Assembly (NCBI GenBank): GCA_964013425.1
Contig: CAXGWC010000003.1
Coordinates: 50-64,049, forward strand
Source: an uncultured Candidatus Poseidoniales archaeon
Lineage (GTDB): Archaea; Thermoplasmatota; Poseidoniia; Poseidoniales; Thalassarchaeaceae
Length of the DNA stretch: 64,000 nucleotides
Direction: 5' to 3'
Both the position numbers and the translations under genes were made by a program. The notes under the pieces are model-generated. The model searched no databases and had not been told where the DNA came from. It saw only the letters and a program-made list of their open reading frames with translations. Shown here piece after piece: positions 9,552 through 18,001 of this stretch (its first letter is position 1; each line of letters begins with the position of its first letter).

Positions 9552-12500
9552 CTAGTACTCGTCTTCTTCCTCATAGTATTCGTAATCATCATCGTCGTAG
9601 TAGACGTCATCTTCACTCCCTCTTCGACTAATCAGGAAGCCTATGGCGGCTACAGCGATTACGGCAATTGCACCTATCATCATTATCGCACTGTCCGAAG
9701 ACCCTTCGTCCTCTGGAGGGGGCGGAACTACGCTAATTCCACCAATAGCGATATCTGCGGCATAGAAATCAGACTCTCCGATGGAACCATCTCCATCAAT
9801 GTCAGTAACGAGATATAGATTGGGCTGGCCAGGAGATGTTGCTTCCCACCTGAATGTGACCCTTACGCTGGTGGCTTCTGCCTCCAGTGGTATCTCCAAG
9901 TTAGGAGTCTGGGCTGTAGTGAGTGATTCCTTCCATCTCTCGGAAGACTGTCCATTCTCATCTACCTCATAGATTAGCTCGTAGAGACCAACAACCAATG
10001 TTCCGTCTCTCTTGCCTGTGTTTTCCCAAAATGTCTCGATTGTAACAATCTCATTCATCAGAGGTGCGCTGGGTGAGGATACAGATCTCACATATTCGCC
10101 AATGAACTCCATTATCCTCAATGCGGGTGCCCTTGGGATAGATTCACTTCCGAGACCAGATACTTCATTGCCTGCCTTGTCAGTGGACGTAATCCAGAAG
10201 GAGATCGAATCTCCCGCCTCGATTGACATTCCATTTTTTGGAGTCAGATCAAGTCTTGACTGGTATACGTCAGACCACTCTGAGGATGATGATCTGTCCC
10301 CTTCAAGGATCAACATTAGCTCGCCACTGTCTTCGGTACCAGTGACCGGTGAGTTGCCTCTCATGTAGACCCAAGAAACCTGGAGTGGCCCATCTTGCAT
10401 GCCTATCTGGTCGTTCATTGTGACTGTTACTTTGACGTCGTCTACCATATCTGACTCGATTATTGTTAGAGAGGAGTCAGGATACTTGAGCTGATCGAAT
10501 AGAGCTGTTGGCGCCCTACTATCGACAACTATCGAATAATCCGAATTTGCTGTTGATCCTCCCAGTCCTGGGACGTTTAAGACATTCAAAGAAACTGCCA
10601 TCGTAGGATCTAGAGGGACCCTGTCTGGAAGAGTCACGACAATTGAGAACGTCGAATCCTCGGCCAACTCTGTTTCACTAGTGATTTGCTGTGATCCGTA
10701 GATTACGAGTGCTTCGACCTTCAGGTCATCTGGTATACTGTTTATCGGCATTCCCGAGCCTGCATACATCAATGAACCAGTGACCATGAATTCATCTCCT
10801 TGCCTGAGGAAGAGCTGGTCCCCCACCTGATCCATAATGGGAGATGTAAGATCGGTCATAGAGTCAGGAATAGCTAGGAATTGGTTATCTAATAGCCATG
10901 ATAGCTCCCCAATGTTATTCTGGTAGGCAACGGTATTCAAATCATCTAATATCGAAACGCTGGGTTTACAGGACGGCTGTCCATCTTCCCAGGCGTAATC
11001 CCATGAAATCTCGAAATCTATGTTCAGCTCCGTTACGGCAGCGGTTACAGACTGTGTCTGAACAGACAAAGGCGTGACCATGCTATCGGGAGCTGACCAT
11101 AGAACGCCTCTTGAAGGGTCATAGGACATCTTGCCGACGTTACTTGGGCCGTCACCACATAGCATAATGGTGACATTATCCAGAGTTTCGATTCCATTAG
11201 GCTCATCAATCTGCATTGAGAATGTGTGACGGTGACCGGTCATTAGGTAACCTAGTTCTGTATTAAGAGAATATCCCGAGGCCGGTATACTAGTAGGCTC
11301 GTCCGTTGCGACTATCACGGAAGCCCAGGAGTTAGAAGCACCCGCAGAACCCCCGGTACCTCCTTCTTGGTAGGTAAGACCTGCCCAATCAGTGCCCTCG
11401 ATATACATATGAACCGGGCTATTGAAGTCTTGAGCTGAGACATCTATTCCGATGAAGTTAACCTGCTGTTGTCCGGTCATGCCGGAAGAAAGTGGCAGTG
11501 TTTGTCCCAGATACTCAGATTCATCGGCGACTCCATCCATGTTGACATCATCAGATGTCCCCCTCCAATACTTCAGAGTGATAGATTCGCCTCTAGCCTC
11601 AGATTCGTCAATGGTGACATAAACTGAGAGGGGGACAGTTGGATCCCATACTTTTCCATGGGCATCTTGGAGTCCGGTAGGAGTATTTACTTCCAGAGGA
11701 CCGGCTACTGGTGCTGAAGAGTCGATAATCACGGTAGTCTTAGGAGGAGTTCCAGAGGTATCCTCAGCCCCTACAGTAGAGCCCGATGGGCCGACGGTTA
11801 AGATAAGGGGGGAAAGGATTACTTCGTTCCCCAAAGTACTAGAAGATAACCAGTCGACGGTTGCTTCGAAAGAACCGTTCTCGCCCATGGTCATAGGGTA
11901 TAGTGCTCCCGACATGTTCAGTCCAACCAAGAAGTCTGAAGGCTGAGGCCTTGAATCAGAGGCATCTTGGAATCTAACCGTTCCAGAGACGTTGATATCG
12001 TTTGTTGACTTCACTGGGAATGGATAGAATGTTGAGAACTGATTTGAAAGTAACCTCCCATACTCGTCACGCACTTCGAATGACTCTATCTGTAAATCGT
12101 TTTCAACGGCCTTTGAGCTACCTTGTCCACTGAATGATACCGCTGGCCATACGAACTCTCCGTTCTCATCTAGTGCAGTGGAAACCCACCTGATTGAGTC
12201 TACGTCATCCCAATTCCAGTTGACGTCGAACATCCAATTGACTACGACATCATCATATCCATCAGAGTGAGTGACTATCTCGACATATGACTGCGATACA
12301 TCTAGTGGAGCGACAGTACTTCCAGATGTTTGGCTAATCGTCACTGGATCAGATCCTTGACCCCATAGTCCGTCATTGCCATTTTCTGCTCTGAAGGCAA
12401 TAATCTGACCATCAGATGCAGTCCCAGTGAGCTCTATAGCATTTAGCAGTGAGTTGTCATTTAGGTGATGATGTGCAGTTTCAATCTCGTTGATGACCCC

Positions 12501-15500
12501 ATCTGGATAGAGTGTATTGGGTACTTGGAAGTCTCTGTTAGTCATAATGAAATCATATACTAGTTCTCCAGCAACTGAAATTGAACCAGTCGAAGAGGAG
12601 ATAGTCACAGGTATTGCTATCTCTACTGGTGGTGGATCAGCTTGGGAGATTGTAGTATGATAGTCTGCTATTGGGACGGAAATATCTGACACGTTCTCGA
12701 ACATAGTATACCCAATTGCAAGTCCCGTTAGTGTGACTGTTTGACTTTGAGTTGAGGAAAGAGAAAACTCAACGACTCTCCAATCTCGGTCAGTTCCTGT
12801 GTCCGTCCAACCAGATGCCAGTGAGTTAATGCCTGAGATCTGGTACGGGTTCATCTCAGAAGTAAATCTCTCTGTAGCGGAGCCGGTTGAGAATGTTGCT
12901 CCCGCAATGCTGATGTCAACCGAGGATTCAAACCCGTCGGCATCCGATACTAGTGAAACCAACCCGCCATTGACACTTCCACTTGTGGGGATGACGGCGA
13001 ATGCAGAAGAGGGAGTTGCCCCTATTTGCATTGTTATGGATCTAGATCCGTCTAAGTAGCCGATATCAGATTGGCTTCCTAATAATTTGGTCTGCCAAGC
13101 ATAGTGCCCTCTGGAAAGGTCATTGGGGAATGACCAATCTAGGTTTCCATCATCTGCGAAGTCTATTTCAACATTGGATGCTGGCTCCCCGTAGAGATGA
13201 GTTATCTGAAGTCTGTCAATGTATCCGTTTGTTGGCAGTGTTACATGAAGTGAGTACCCTGTTCTGGGGCTGGCGAAGACTACAGAACCTCCTTTGGGAG
13301 AGCTACCCACAGGATTACCCGATTCGTCTCTGACTTCTATTTGCACGTTCACGGAAGAGTTGCCTCCGAAGCTTAGAGCCTTGATTGGCCTGACAGAATG
13401 AATGTAGTCTGAAGAAATCGTGCCAGATATATTAGTTGCATTAATCAATCCGTCGATCACTTCGACGTTGGTCATCTGCCAACCGTTTAGCCCCATCATA
13501 TCTGCAGTCAGGAGTCTATTTCCTCCGATCCTGATGAATTCCAGCATCGGTGTAGACAGGGGGTTCGTGGTATCCATGTTAACAGTCAGTTTGACCAATG
13601 GATAGGAGTCAGAATCTACTCCTGCCAGACTGATTGGGAAGTCAAGATTGGAGTACCCAGGAATACTGGCTCCGGATGTAGCGTCGACAAGGGACCCTGT
13701 GAGTGTGTTGTTCGCATAGTCATCTGTCGTTCCATCAATCTCTATGATTCCCCTGTTGAATTCATTTTCACCGGCGATAGCGAAGCTGGGGCTGGTCCAT
13801 GTTCCTGGTTGACTGAAGTTGCCCATCTTGATACCGACATTGTCAATATGCCATCCTGAGTTCGCGTCAGAGAATCTGGCTCCGAAGGCGAACTTGAACT
13901 GCACATCATCACCTTTGTAATCAGAGAGATCGACCTCATATGAGCCGAATTCGTTACTGTTACAATGAAGTCTTGTCCAGATTTCCAAGCCATCATTGAC
14001 GGTGTATGTTGTACTCGCATAGCTGTATTGTCTGTCAGTGTACGAAGGCATGTCCACATGTTGCCATTGGCCGCCATTGACATTCATCCACAAGGCGCCA
14101 CCAACATAGACATAATTACCAGTACCGTAGTCCATACAGGCATTCATGTCAAAGGCAAATGATGACTCCCCTATCCCCGATATGGTGTAGATAGGGGTCA
14201 CGAGGCTTGACTGGTATACAGCATCAGTTCCTCCATTCATACCAATCTTGTACATGTACGGGAAAGAAGATGCGCTATTGGGGCCATAAGCGATACCAGG
14301 CTCAGATAATCTCCAATCGCATCTCTCGGTGCCACAGGAACCCGCGCTTCCAGAAGTTCGTTGGAAGATATTGTAGAAGCCATCATGATAGTCACTTGGT
14401 GGAGCGGTAACCTGCGAGTCCTCGAAACCCATATCGATATTGATGAAACCAGAGTTCACAGTCATGAACTGCCACTCGTTGGTACCAGAGGTTGTCGCGT
14501 TCCCGGGTATCGTGAACTGAGAAATCATTTCTCCAAGGGAGTTTACTGTTCTGTACCCGAAGACAGTCAAACCTTCTCGATCGTCTGGATCGTTGGCGCC
14601 CCCAGGAGACCCATATTGCACGGAGGTGTCTGTCTGTACTACAAATCTCAGTAGACTTCCATTGACTCGGTTTGCTGCTGGCACCGAGTTAGATATTGTC
14701 ACCATTCCACCACTGTCATCGGTGTAGGAAATTCCGTTGACAACCACCTGTGGGGTATTGCCATCTTTATCCGCATATCCTGAGGATCCAGGTATGTTGC
14801 CCGATCTAGATCTGCATTGTGTCGCTGGTGAGAAATTTCCCGTTGAAGAGATATCAGTCCAGCTTGTCCCGTTATTATTTGAAAGCTCAATGCATGCATT
14901 GTCCCAGCTCGAACCTTCCAAATCCCAGTGGAGATCGAACTCCATCTCTGTCACATTGTATAGGTCTATAGGGACGGTTAGGTAGCCCATCTGGTTGTTA
15001 TTGTAATAACAATATGTACCATAGTTCTGGTATGAAGTGCCATTCACATCACACCCGTGGTGCCAAACTCCTTGGCCCGTACCATCGTTTCTGTAGTCGA
15101 CATCATCAATGAACCAACCTGGGAAAGACCCGGAACTGTTTGATGTCCAAACCCTGAATCTGAATTCTACCGATGCTACCGAGCTCATGCTGGGATCGGA
15201 GAAAAGGGCGCTTAGGTTCAGAGTTTCTGATTGCCAGCCACTGTGAGTAGCCCCAGTGAAAACTGGAAGATTGCCACTGGGGGCGCCGTTGACTTCTATA
15301 TCGGTGCTATCGATTGAGGAAGGATACCCCCCATCTGTCGCAACCCATTTCCAGACTCCACCGGATGTCTTGTACTCCAACCAAGCTCCTGCTTCTGAGG
15401 AGTCGAGGTGGAACCAATGGTCGAAGGATAGGTGGTAGTTGTTTCTGGTAGCATTGGTGGGAACTTGCATTATTGGCAATTTTAACCATGTATCCACACC

Positions 15501-16436
15501 AGCTGGAAGAGCCTCTCCTGGCTTAGTAGCAACTGCAACACCGCCTTCTGAGGCACTAGAGGGGACTATTCCGTAGGACATAGTCTGTTCTTGTCCACTC
15601 ACGGTCCCGTTGAAATCAAAGTTTGTGGCGCCCCAGTAAGTATCCAGGTTACAAAAGAAAAGTGTGCCATCTGTCTCTGTAGCGTTCAGTGATGTGTTTC
15701 CATCATAGTAGTTCCCATAGTCGTTTCCATAGACTAGGTATTTTCCTCCAAATGGGCATGTAGAGTTACCAGAATCAATAGGGCCCTGACTATACTGGAA
15801 AGATCCGTTTACAACTGTTCCATTGCTGACTGCACCGTTTCCTCCTTGTATTGTCTGGTTTGTCACACACAGGTAATCTACATGCGAGATCTCCGAGGAG
15901 TCGAGCAACCCGTTTCTGTTCTCATCGTAGCCCGAGGTAAGGTTGTAACCTGTTAGTCCGTTACAACTAGGGTGAGGGGCATACCCACCACTTGCTTCAA
16001 ACGCTATTCTGATTATATTTGCAGGGCCCTGTATGTAGTCGTTGCTCAAAGAAATACTATAGCTGTAATTGTCAAAATGAGTTATATCATTCAAGCTTCC
16101 ATCGTCCACCAAGGTGAGGTTCCCATCTCGATATTCAGTGGTGGTTCCTGAGCTAGTTCCATTTTCCAGCACGAAGATATCCATCTCGGTAGCAGGAGTC
16201 AGTGATGCGGCCATCGGAGAATCTGTCACATGGGCCCATCCATCCAATATTGTAGCGTTCCCAGGAGCTCTGAATCCGGTCAGTGTGGTGGACCCGCCTG
16301 CTGTGTTCACTGTGGACGGTCCAGCCCATGAAGTAGTTGCGGCGCTTGTGATAGGTGCTAGTAGCATCAGTAGTACCAAGGCTCCTGCGAGCCTCCTGTG
16401 GTAGTTCGACATGCTTGCCCGTATTCTTGTACACAT
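9552..16436 (-). CDS. Giant type-I surface protein (2,294 aa): signal peptide, jelly-roll (MAM / InhA-like) modules, Ig-like array, TM helix, acidic Tyr-rich cytoplasmic tail
   Basis: Uninterrupted 6.9-kb ORF. The N-terminus RRLAGALVLLMLLAPITSAATTSWA looks like a signal peptide. There is one EF-hand-type loop, DENRNGLLDSSE. Three modules resemble 'L.F.HW...S..GG.W' jelly-rolls: HLSFDHWFHL...KTSGGVWKW...PGWFIDDVDY; MEFDLHWDLEG...SNNNGTSWTDIS; VQFKFAFGARF...SGWHIDNVGI. N-x-S/T sequons are very frequent. The C-terminus is AIMMIGAIAVIAVAAIGFLI (TM) followed by SRRGSEDDVYYDDDDYEYYEEEDEY. Confidence 0.85.
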   Translation of the reverse strand: MCTRIRASMSNYHRRLAGALVLLMLLAPITSAATTSWAGPSTVNTAGGSTTLTGFRAPGNATILDGWAHVTDSPMAASLTPATEMDIFVLENGTSSGTTTEYRDGNLTLVDDGSLNDITHFDNYSYSISLSNDYIQGPANIIRIAFEASGGYAPHPSCNGLTGYNLTSGYDENRNGLLDSSEISHVDYLCVTNQTIQGGNGAVSNGTVVNGSFQYSQGPIDSGNSTCPFGGKYLVYGNDYGNYYDGNTSLNATETDGTLFFCNLDTYWGATNFDFNGTVSGQEQTMSYGIVPSSASEGGVAVATKPGEALPAGVDTWLKLPIMQVPTNATRNNYHLSFDHWFHLDSSEAGAWLEYKTSGGVWKWVATDGGYPSSIDSTDIEVNGAPSGNLPVFTGATHSGWQSETLNLSALFSDPSMSSVASVEFRFRVWTSNSSGSFPGWFIDDVDYRNDGTGQGVWHHGCDVNGTSYQNYGTYCYYNNNQMGYLTVPIDLYNVTEMEFDLHWDLEGSSWDNACIELSNNNGTSWTDISSTGNFSPATQCRSRSGNIPGSSGYADKDGNTPQVVVNGISYTDDSGGMVTISNSVPAANRVNGSLLRFVVQTDTSVQYGSPGGANDPDDREGLTVFGYRTVNSLGEMISQFTIPGNATTSGTNEWQFMTVNSGFINIDMGFEDSQVTAPPSDYHDGFYNIFQRTSGSAGSCGTERCDWRLSEPGIAYGPNSASSFPYMYKIGMNGGTDAVYQSSLVTPIYTISGIGESSFAFDMNACMDYGTGNYVYVGGALWMNVNGGQWQHVDMPSYTDRQYSYASTTYTVNDGLEIWTRLHCNSNEFGSYEVDLSDYKGDDVQFKFAFGARFSDANSGWHIDNVGIKMGNFSQPGTWTSPSFAIAGENEFNRGIIEIDGTTDDYANNTLTGSLVDATSGASIPGYSNLDFPISLAGVDSDSYPLVKLTVNMDTTNPLSTPMLEFIRIGGNRLLTADMMGLNGWQMTNVEVIDGLINATNISGTISSDYIHSVRPIKALSFGGNSSVNVQIEVRDESGNPVGSSPKGGSVVFASPRTGYSLHVTLPTNGYIDRLQITHLYGEPASNVEIDFADDGNLDWSFPNDLSRGHYAWQTKLLGSQSDIGYLDGSRSITMQIGATPSSAFAVIPTSGSVNGGLVSLVSDADGFESSVDISIAGATFSTGSATERFTSEMNPYQISGINSLASGWTDTGTDRDWRVVEFSLSSTQSQTVTLTGLAIGYTMFENVSDISVPIADYHTTISQADPPPVEIAIPVTISSSTGSISVAGELVYDFIMTNRDFQVPNTLYPDGVINEIETAHHHLNDNSLLNAIELTGTASDGQIIAFRAENGNDGLWGQGSDPVTISQTSGSTVAPLDVSQSYVEIVTHSDGYDDVVVNWMFDVNWNWDDVDSIRWVSTALDENGEFVWPAVSFSGQGSSKAVENDLQIESFEVRDEYGRLLSNQFSTFYPFPVKSTNDINVSGTVRFQDASDSRPQPSDFLVGLNMSGALYPMTMGENGSFEATVDWLSSSTLGNEVILSPLILTVGPSGSTVGAEDTSGTPPKTTVIIDSSAPVAGPLEVNTPTGLQDAHGKVWDPTVPLSVYVTIDESEARGESITLKYWRGTSDDVNMDGVADESEYLGQTLPLSSGMTGQQQVNFIGIDVSAQDFNSPVHMYIEGTDWAGLTYQEGGTGGSAGASNSWASVIVATDEPTSIPASGYSLNTELGYLMTGHRHTFSMQIDEPNGIETLDNVTIMLCGDGPSNVGKMSYDPSRGVLWSAPDSMVTPLSVQTQSVTAAVTELNIDFEISWDYAWEDGQPSCKPSVSILDDLNTVAYQNNIGELSWLLDNQFLAIPDSMTDLTSPIMDQVGDQLFLRQGDEFMVTGSLMYAGSGMPINSIPDDLKVEALVIYGSQQITSETELAEDSTFSIVVTLPDRVPLDPTMAVSLNVLNVPGLGGSTANSDYSIVVDSRAPTALFDQLKYPDSSLTIIESDMVDDVKVTVTMNDQIGMQDGPLQVSWVYMRGNSPVTGTEDSGELMLILEGDRSSSSEWSDVYQSRLDLTPKNGMSIEAGDSISFWITSTDKAGNEVSGLGSESIPRAPALRIMEFIGEYVRSVSSPSAPLMNEIVTIETFWENTGKRDGTLVVGLYELIYEVDENGQSSERWKESLTTAQTPNLEIPLEAEATSVRVTFRWEATSPGQPNLYLVTDIDGDGSIGESDFYAADIAIGGISVVPPPPEDEGSSDSAIMMIGAIAVIAVAAIGFLISRRGSEDDVYYDDDDYEYYEEEDEY

Positions 16437-16498
16437 TATGAATGAATTGGTTGTCTTGCATGAACTGAGCTAAAACCGTATGAATTAGTCTGCTAAAA

Positions 16499-16573
16499 TG
16501 GAGCCACTGGGGAGAATTGAACTCCCGACCTTCCCATTACCAATGGGATGCTATACCCCTAAGCCACAGTGGC
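16499..16573 (-). tRNA. tRNA-Thr (anticodon GGU), 75 nt, CCA encoded
   Basis: Hand-folded cloverleaf. Acceptor GCCACTG/CAGTGGC, anticodon stem TCCCA/TGGGA with loop TTGGTAA, T arm GGGAG-TTCAATT-CTCCC, discriminator U, then CCA. Confidence 0.9.
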
Positions 16574-16665
16574 GCTGAGTACGGGAATGGCCAGCTGCCT
16601 TTGGGTGTTACTATTAGAGGACTATCGATTAGCTCAAGACTGTAGTGGGTGTCCGACACTACATA

Positions 16666-16751
16666 GCCGAGATCGCATAGCCTGGTATTGCGCATGACTG
16701 GAAATCATGTGGGTTCATCCCTCCGGAGTTCAAATCTCCGTCTCGGCGCCA
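16666..16751 (+). tRNA. tRNA-Ser (anticodon GGA), 86 nt, class II with long variable arm, CCA encoded
   Basis: Acceptor GCCGAGA/TCTCGGC, anticodon stem CATGA/TCATG with loop CTGGAAA, 14-nt variable arm TGGGTTCATCCCTC, T arm CGGAG-TTCAAAT-CTCCG, discriminator G, then CCA. Confidence 0.9.
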
Positions 16752-16811
16752 CTAGAACTGACCAAATAATGCGCAAATCGTCGAGGGGCTTATGTCATCC
16801 ATCCATCGGTC

Positions 16812-17978
16812 ATGACCATGGAGGGGGCGACTGTGGCGACTGACGACCTCGAAGTCGAAGTGTCTGAAGTCCGAAGATTGTCTGACTTTAGTAAGGTGAC
16901 AAACCTAGGGGAAAGGTCGAGTCTTCTGTCGTTTATCGATACCCTGTTACTGCAATTTACATTTCACGTACATACTTCGAGAAAATTTTGGGGGAAATAT
17001 GAGGCTTTAGTGTTGGCTCTCGCATCAGCTTCGGTTGTAATGGGAGCTTGGGATTATGGAATAGATGAGATTTCCTCGGGGGGCGACTGGAGCAGAGGTG
17101 GACTGTTTGGCGAGGAGAGTGGTTTCCTCCATCTTGAAGAATGGTCGTTAATGTTGAGCTTGCTAACAATGATGGCCTGGGCATCGGCCTTGGTACTGAT
17201 GTGGGCCAGATATCCGATAATGAGAGAGAATCTGGTCTTCCTTGTGGTTGCATCATTCTCTGTCCAGTTAGGGCATATCTACTCCCACTCGGGCTCTCCA
17301 GACTTCCCCTCTGGTTCGGGGATATCAGATTTTGGAGGAGTAGCCTTGGGGAATCTCGTCATGATTTTCTTAGCTGTTTTTGTTGTCCACAGAGCTGTCA
17401 CTGAAACTAGGGACATTCATGTCGAAGAGAAGCACTCGCATCCGGATCCCAGGCTGGTTGAAAAGGCATGGAAAGACCATCGCCTTGATGCTTGGAGCGC
17501 TAGCCTTGTCATTTGGGTTTTAATGATCAATATCATGTCATGGTCTGGATCTCATGCCATTTCTCAAAGGCCACCATTCGAGGATGAAATACTAGGAATA
17601 TCTCTATTATATGTCACCTCAGGAATAGTATCTTTCTTCTTACTGATGCACATTGTTTGGTATCCTCATTTCATGCTGGGGGGTGGAGATCACACCATCC
17701 AGTCATCAAGGGCCAGAGAGGTCGCAGGGGTTTCGCTGGCCTCTAGAGAAGAGACCTTGCAAGGACTTTGTCCTGTGTGCGGTGCTGAAACTCCCGTCAT
17801 CAAAAAGCCCAATGGCAAGATAGAGGTCCATTGCTCTGACTCAGAATGCACTGGATGGGGTGTGCCTGGTGAGCCATGTTCTTCGTGCGCCAGAATTCTA
17901 CCACTCCGTCTTAAGTGTGAAAAATGTGGAAGTAGCTCTTCTGCCACTAGTCACTTCGTCAAGACGGATGCTTGGTAA
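16812..17978 (+). CDS. Polytopic membrane protein with two C-terminal zinc-ribbons (hypothetical)
   Basis: 388 aa with several hydrophobic helices. The C-terminus has CPVCGAETP...HCSDSEC and CSSCARILP...CEKCG (two CxxC...CxxC pairs). Its stop overlaps the longest ORF of the downstream subtilase. Confidence 0.6.
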   Translation: MTMEGATVATDDLEVEVSEVRRLSDFSKVTNLGERSSLLSFIDTLLLQFTFHVHTSRKFWGKYEALVLALASASVVMGAWDYGIDEISSGGDWSRGGLFGEESGFLHLEEWSLMLSLLTMMAWASALVLMWARYPIMRENLVFLVVASFSVQLGHIYSHSGSPDFPSGSGISDFGGVALGNLVMIFLAVFVVHRAVTETRDIHVEEKHSHPDPRLVEKAWKDHRLDAWSASLVIWVLMINIMSWSGSHAISQRPPFEDEILGISLLYVTSGIVSFFLLMHIVWYPHFMLGGGDHTIQSSRAREVAGVSLASREETLQGLCPVCGAETPVIKKPNGKIEVHCSDSECTGWGVPGEPCSSCARILPLRLKCEKCGSSSSATSHFVKTDAW

Positions 17979-18001
17979 TAGAATATGCCAGAGTGAATAT
18001 T

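Noticed and set aside
9555-9629. Possible tandem DNA repeat or microsatellite (GTCGTCATCGTCGTAG-like) at the 3' ends of giant genes; possible CRISPR-like periodicity
   Set aside because: This is simple codon-level repetition from D/E/Y-rich tails. There are no regularly spaced identical repeats with unique spacers anywhere in the window, and no cas genes.
9552-9700. PGF-CTERM / archaeosortase or other C-terminal sorting signal on the giant proteins
   Set aside because: The C-termini lack the PGF tripeptide and the short basic tail. Instead they have a TM helix followed by long acidic or charged cytoplasmic tails.
9534-9818. 94-aa hydrophobic plus-strand ORF (MTNKKSLVLVFFLIVFVIIIVVVDVIF...)
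   Set aside because: It is the reverse complement of the acidic tail and TM region of the 2,294-aa gene. The hydrophobic appearance is an artefact of reading D/E/Y codons backwards.
16437-16811. tRNA-associated integrated element (att sites, integrase) next to the giant genes; same question at 53323-53531
   Set aside because: No integrase, transposase or recombinase ORF is present. I found no copy of the tRNA 3' halves (for example GGTTCAAATCCTGCCCTCTGC) at the far ends of the giant loci by eye. The island idea is kept only as a low-confidence population-level hypothesis.
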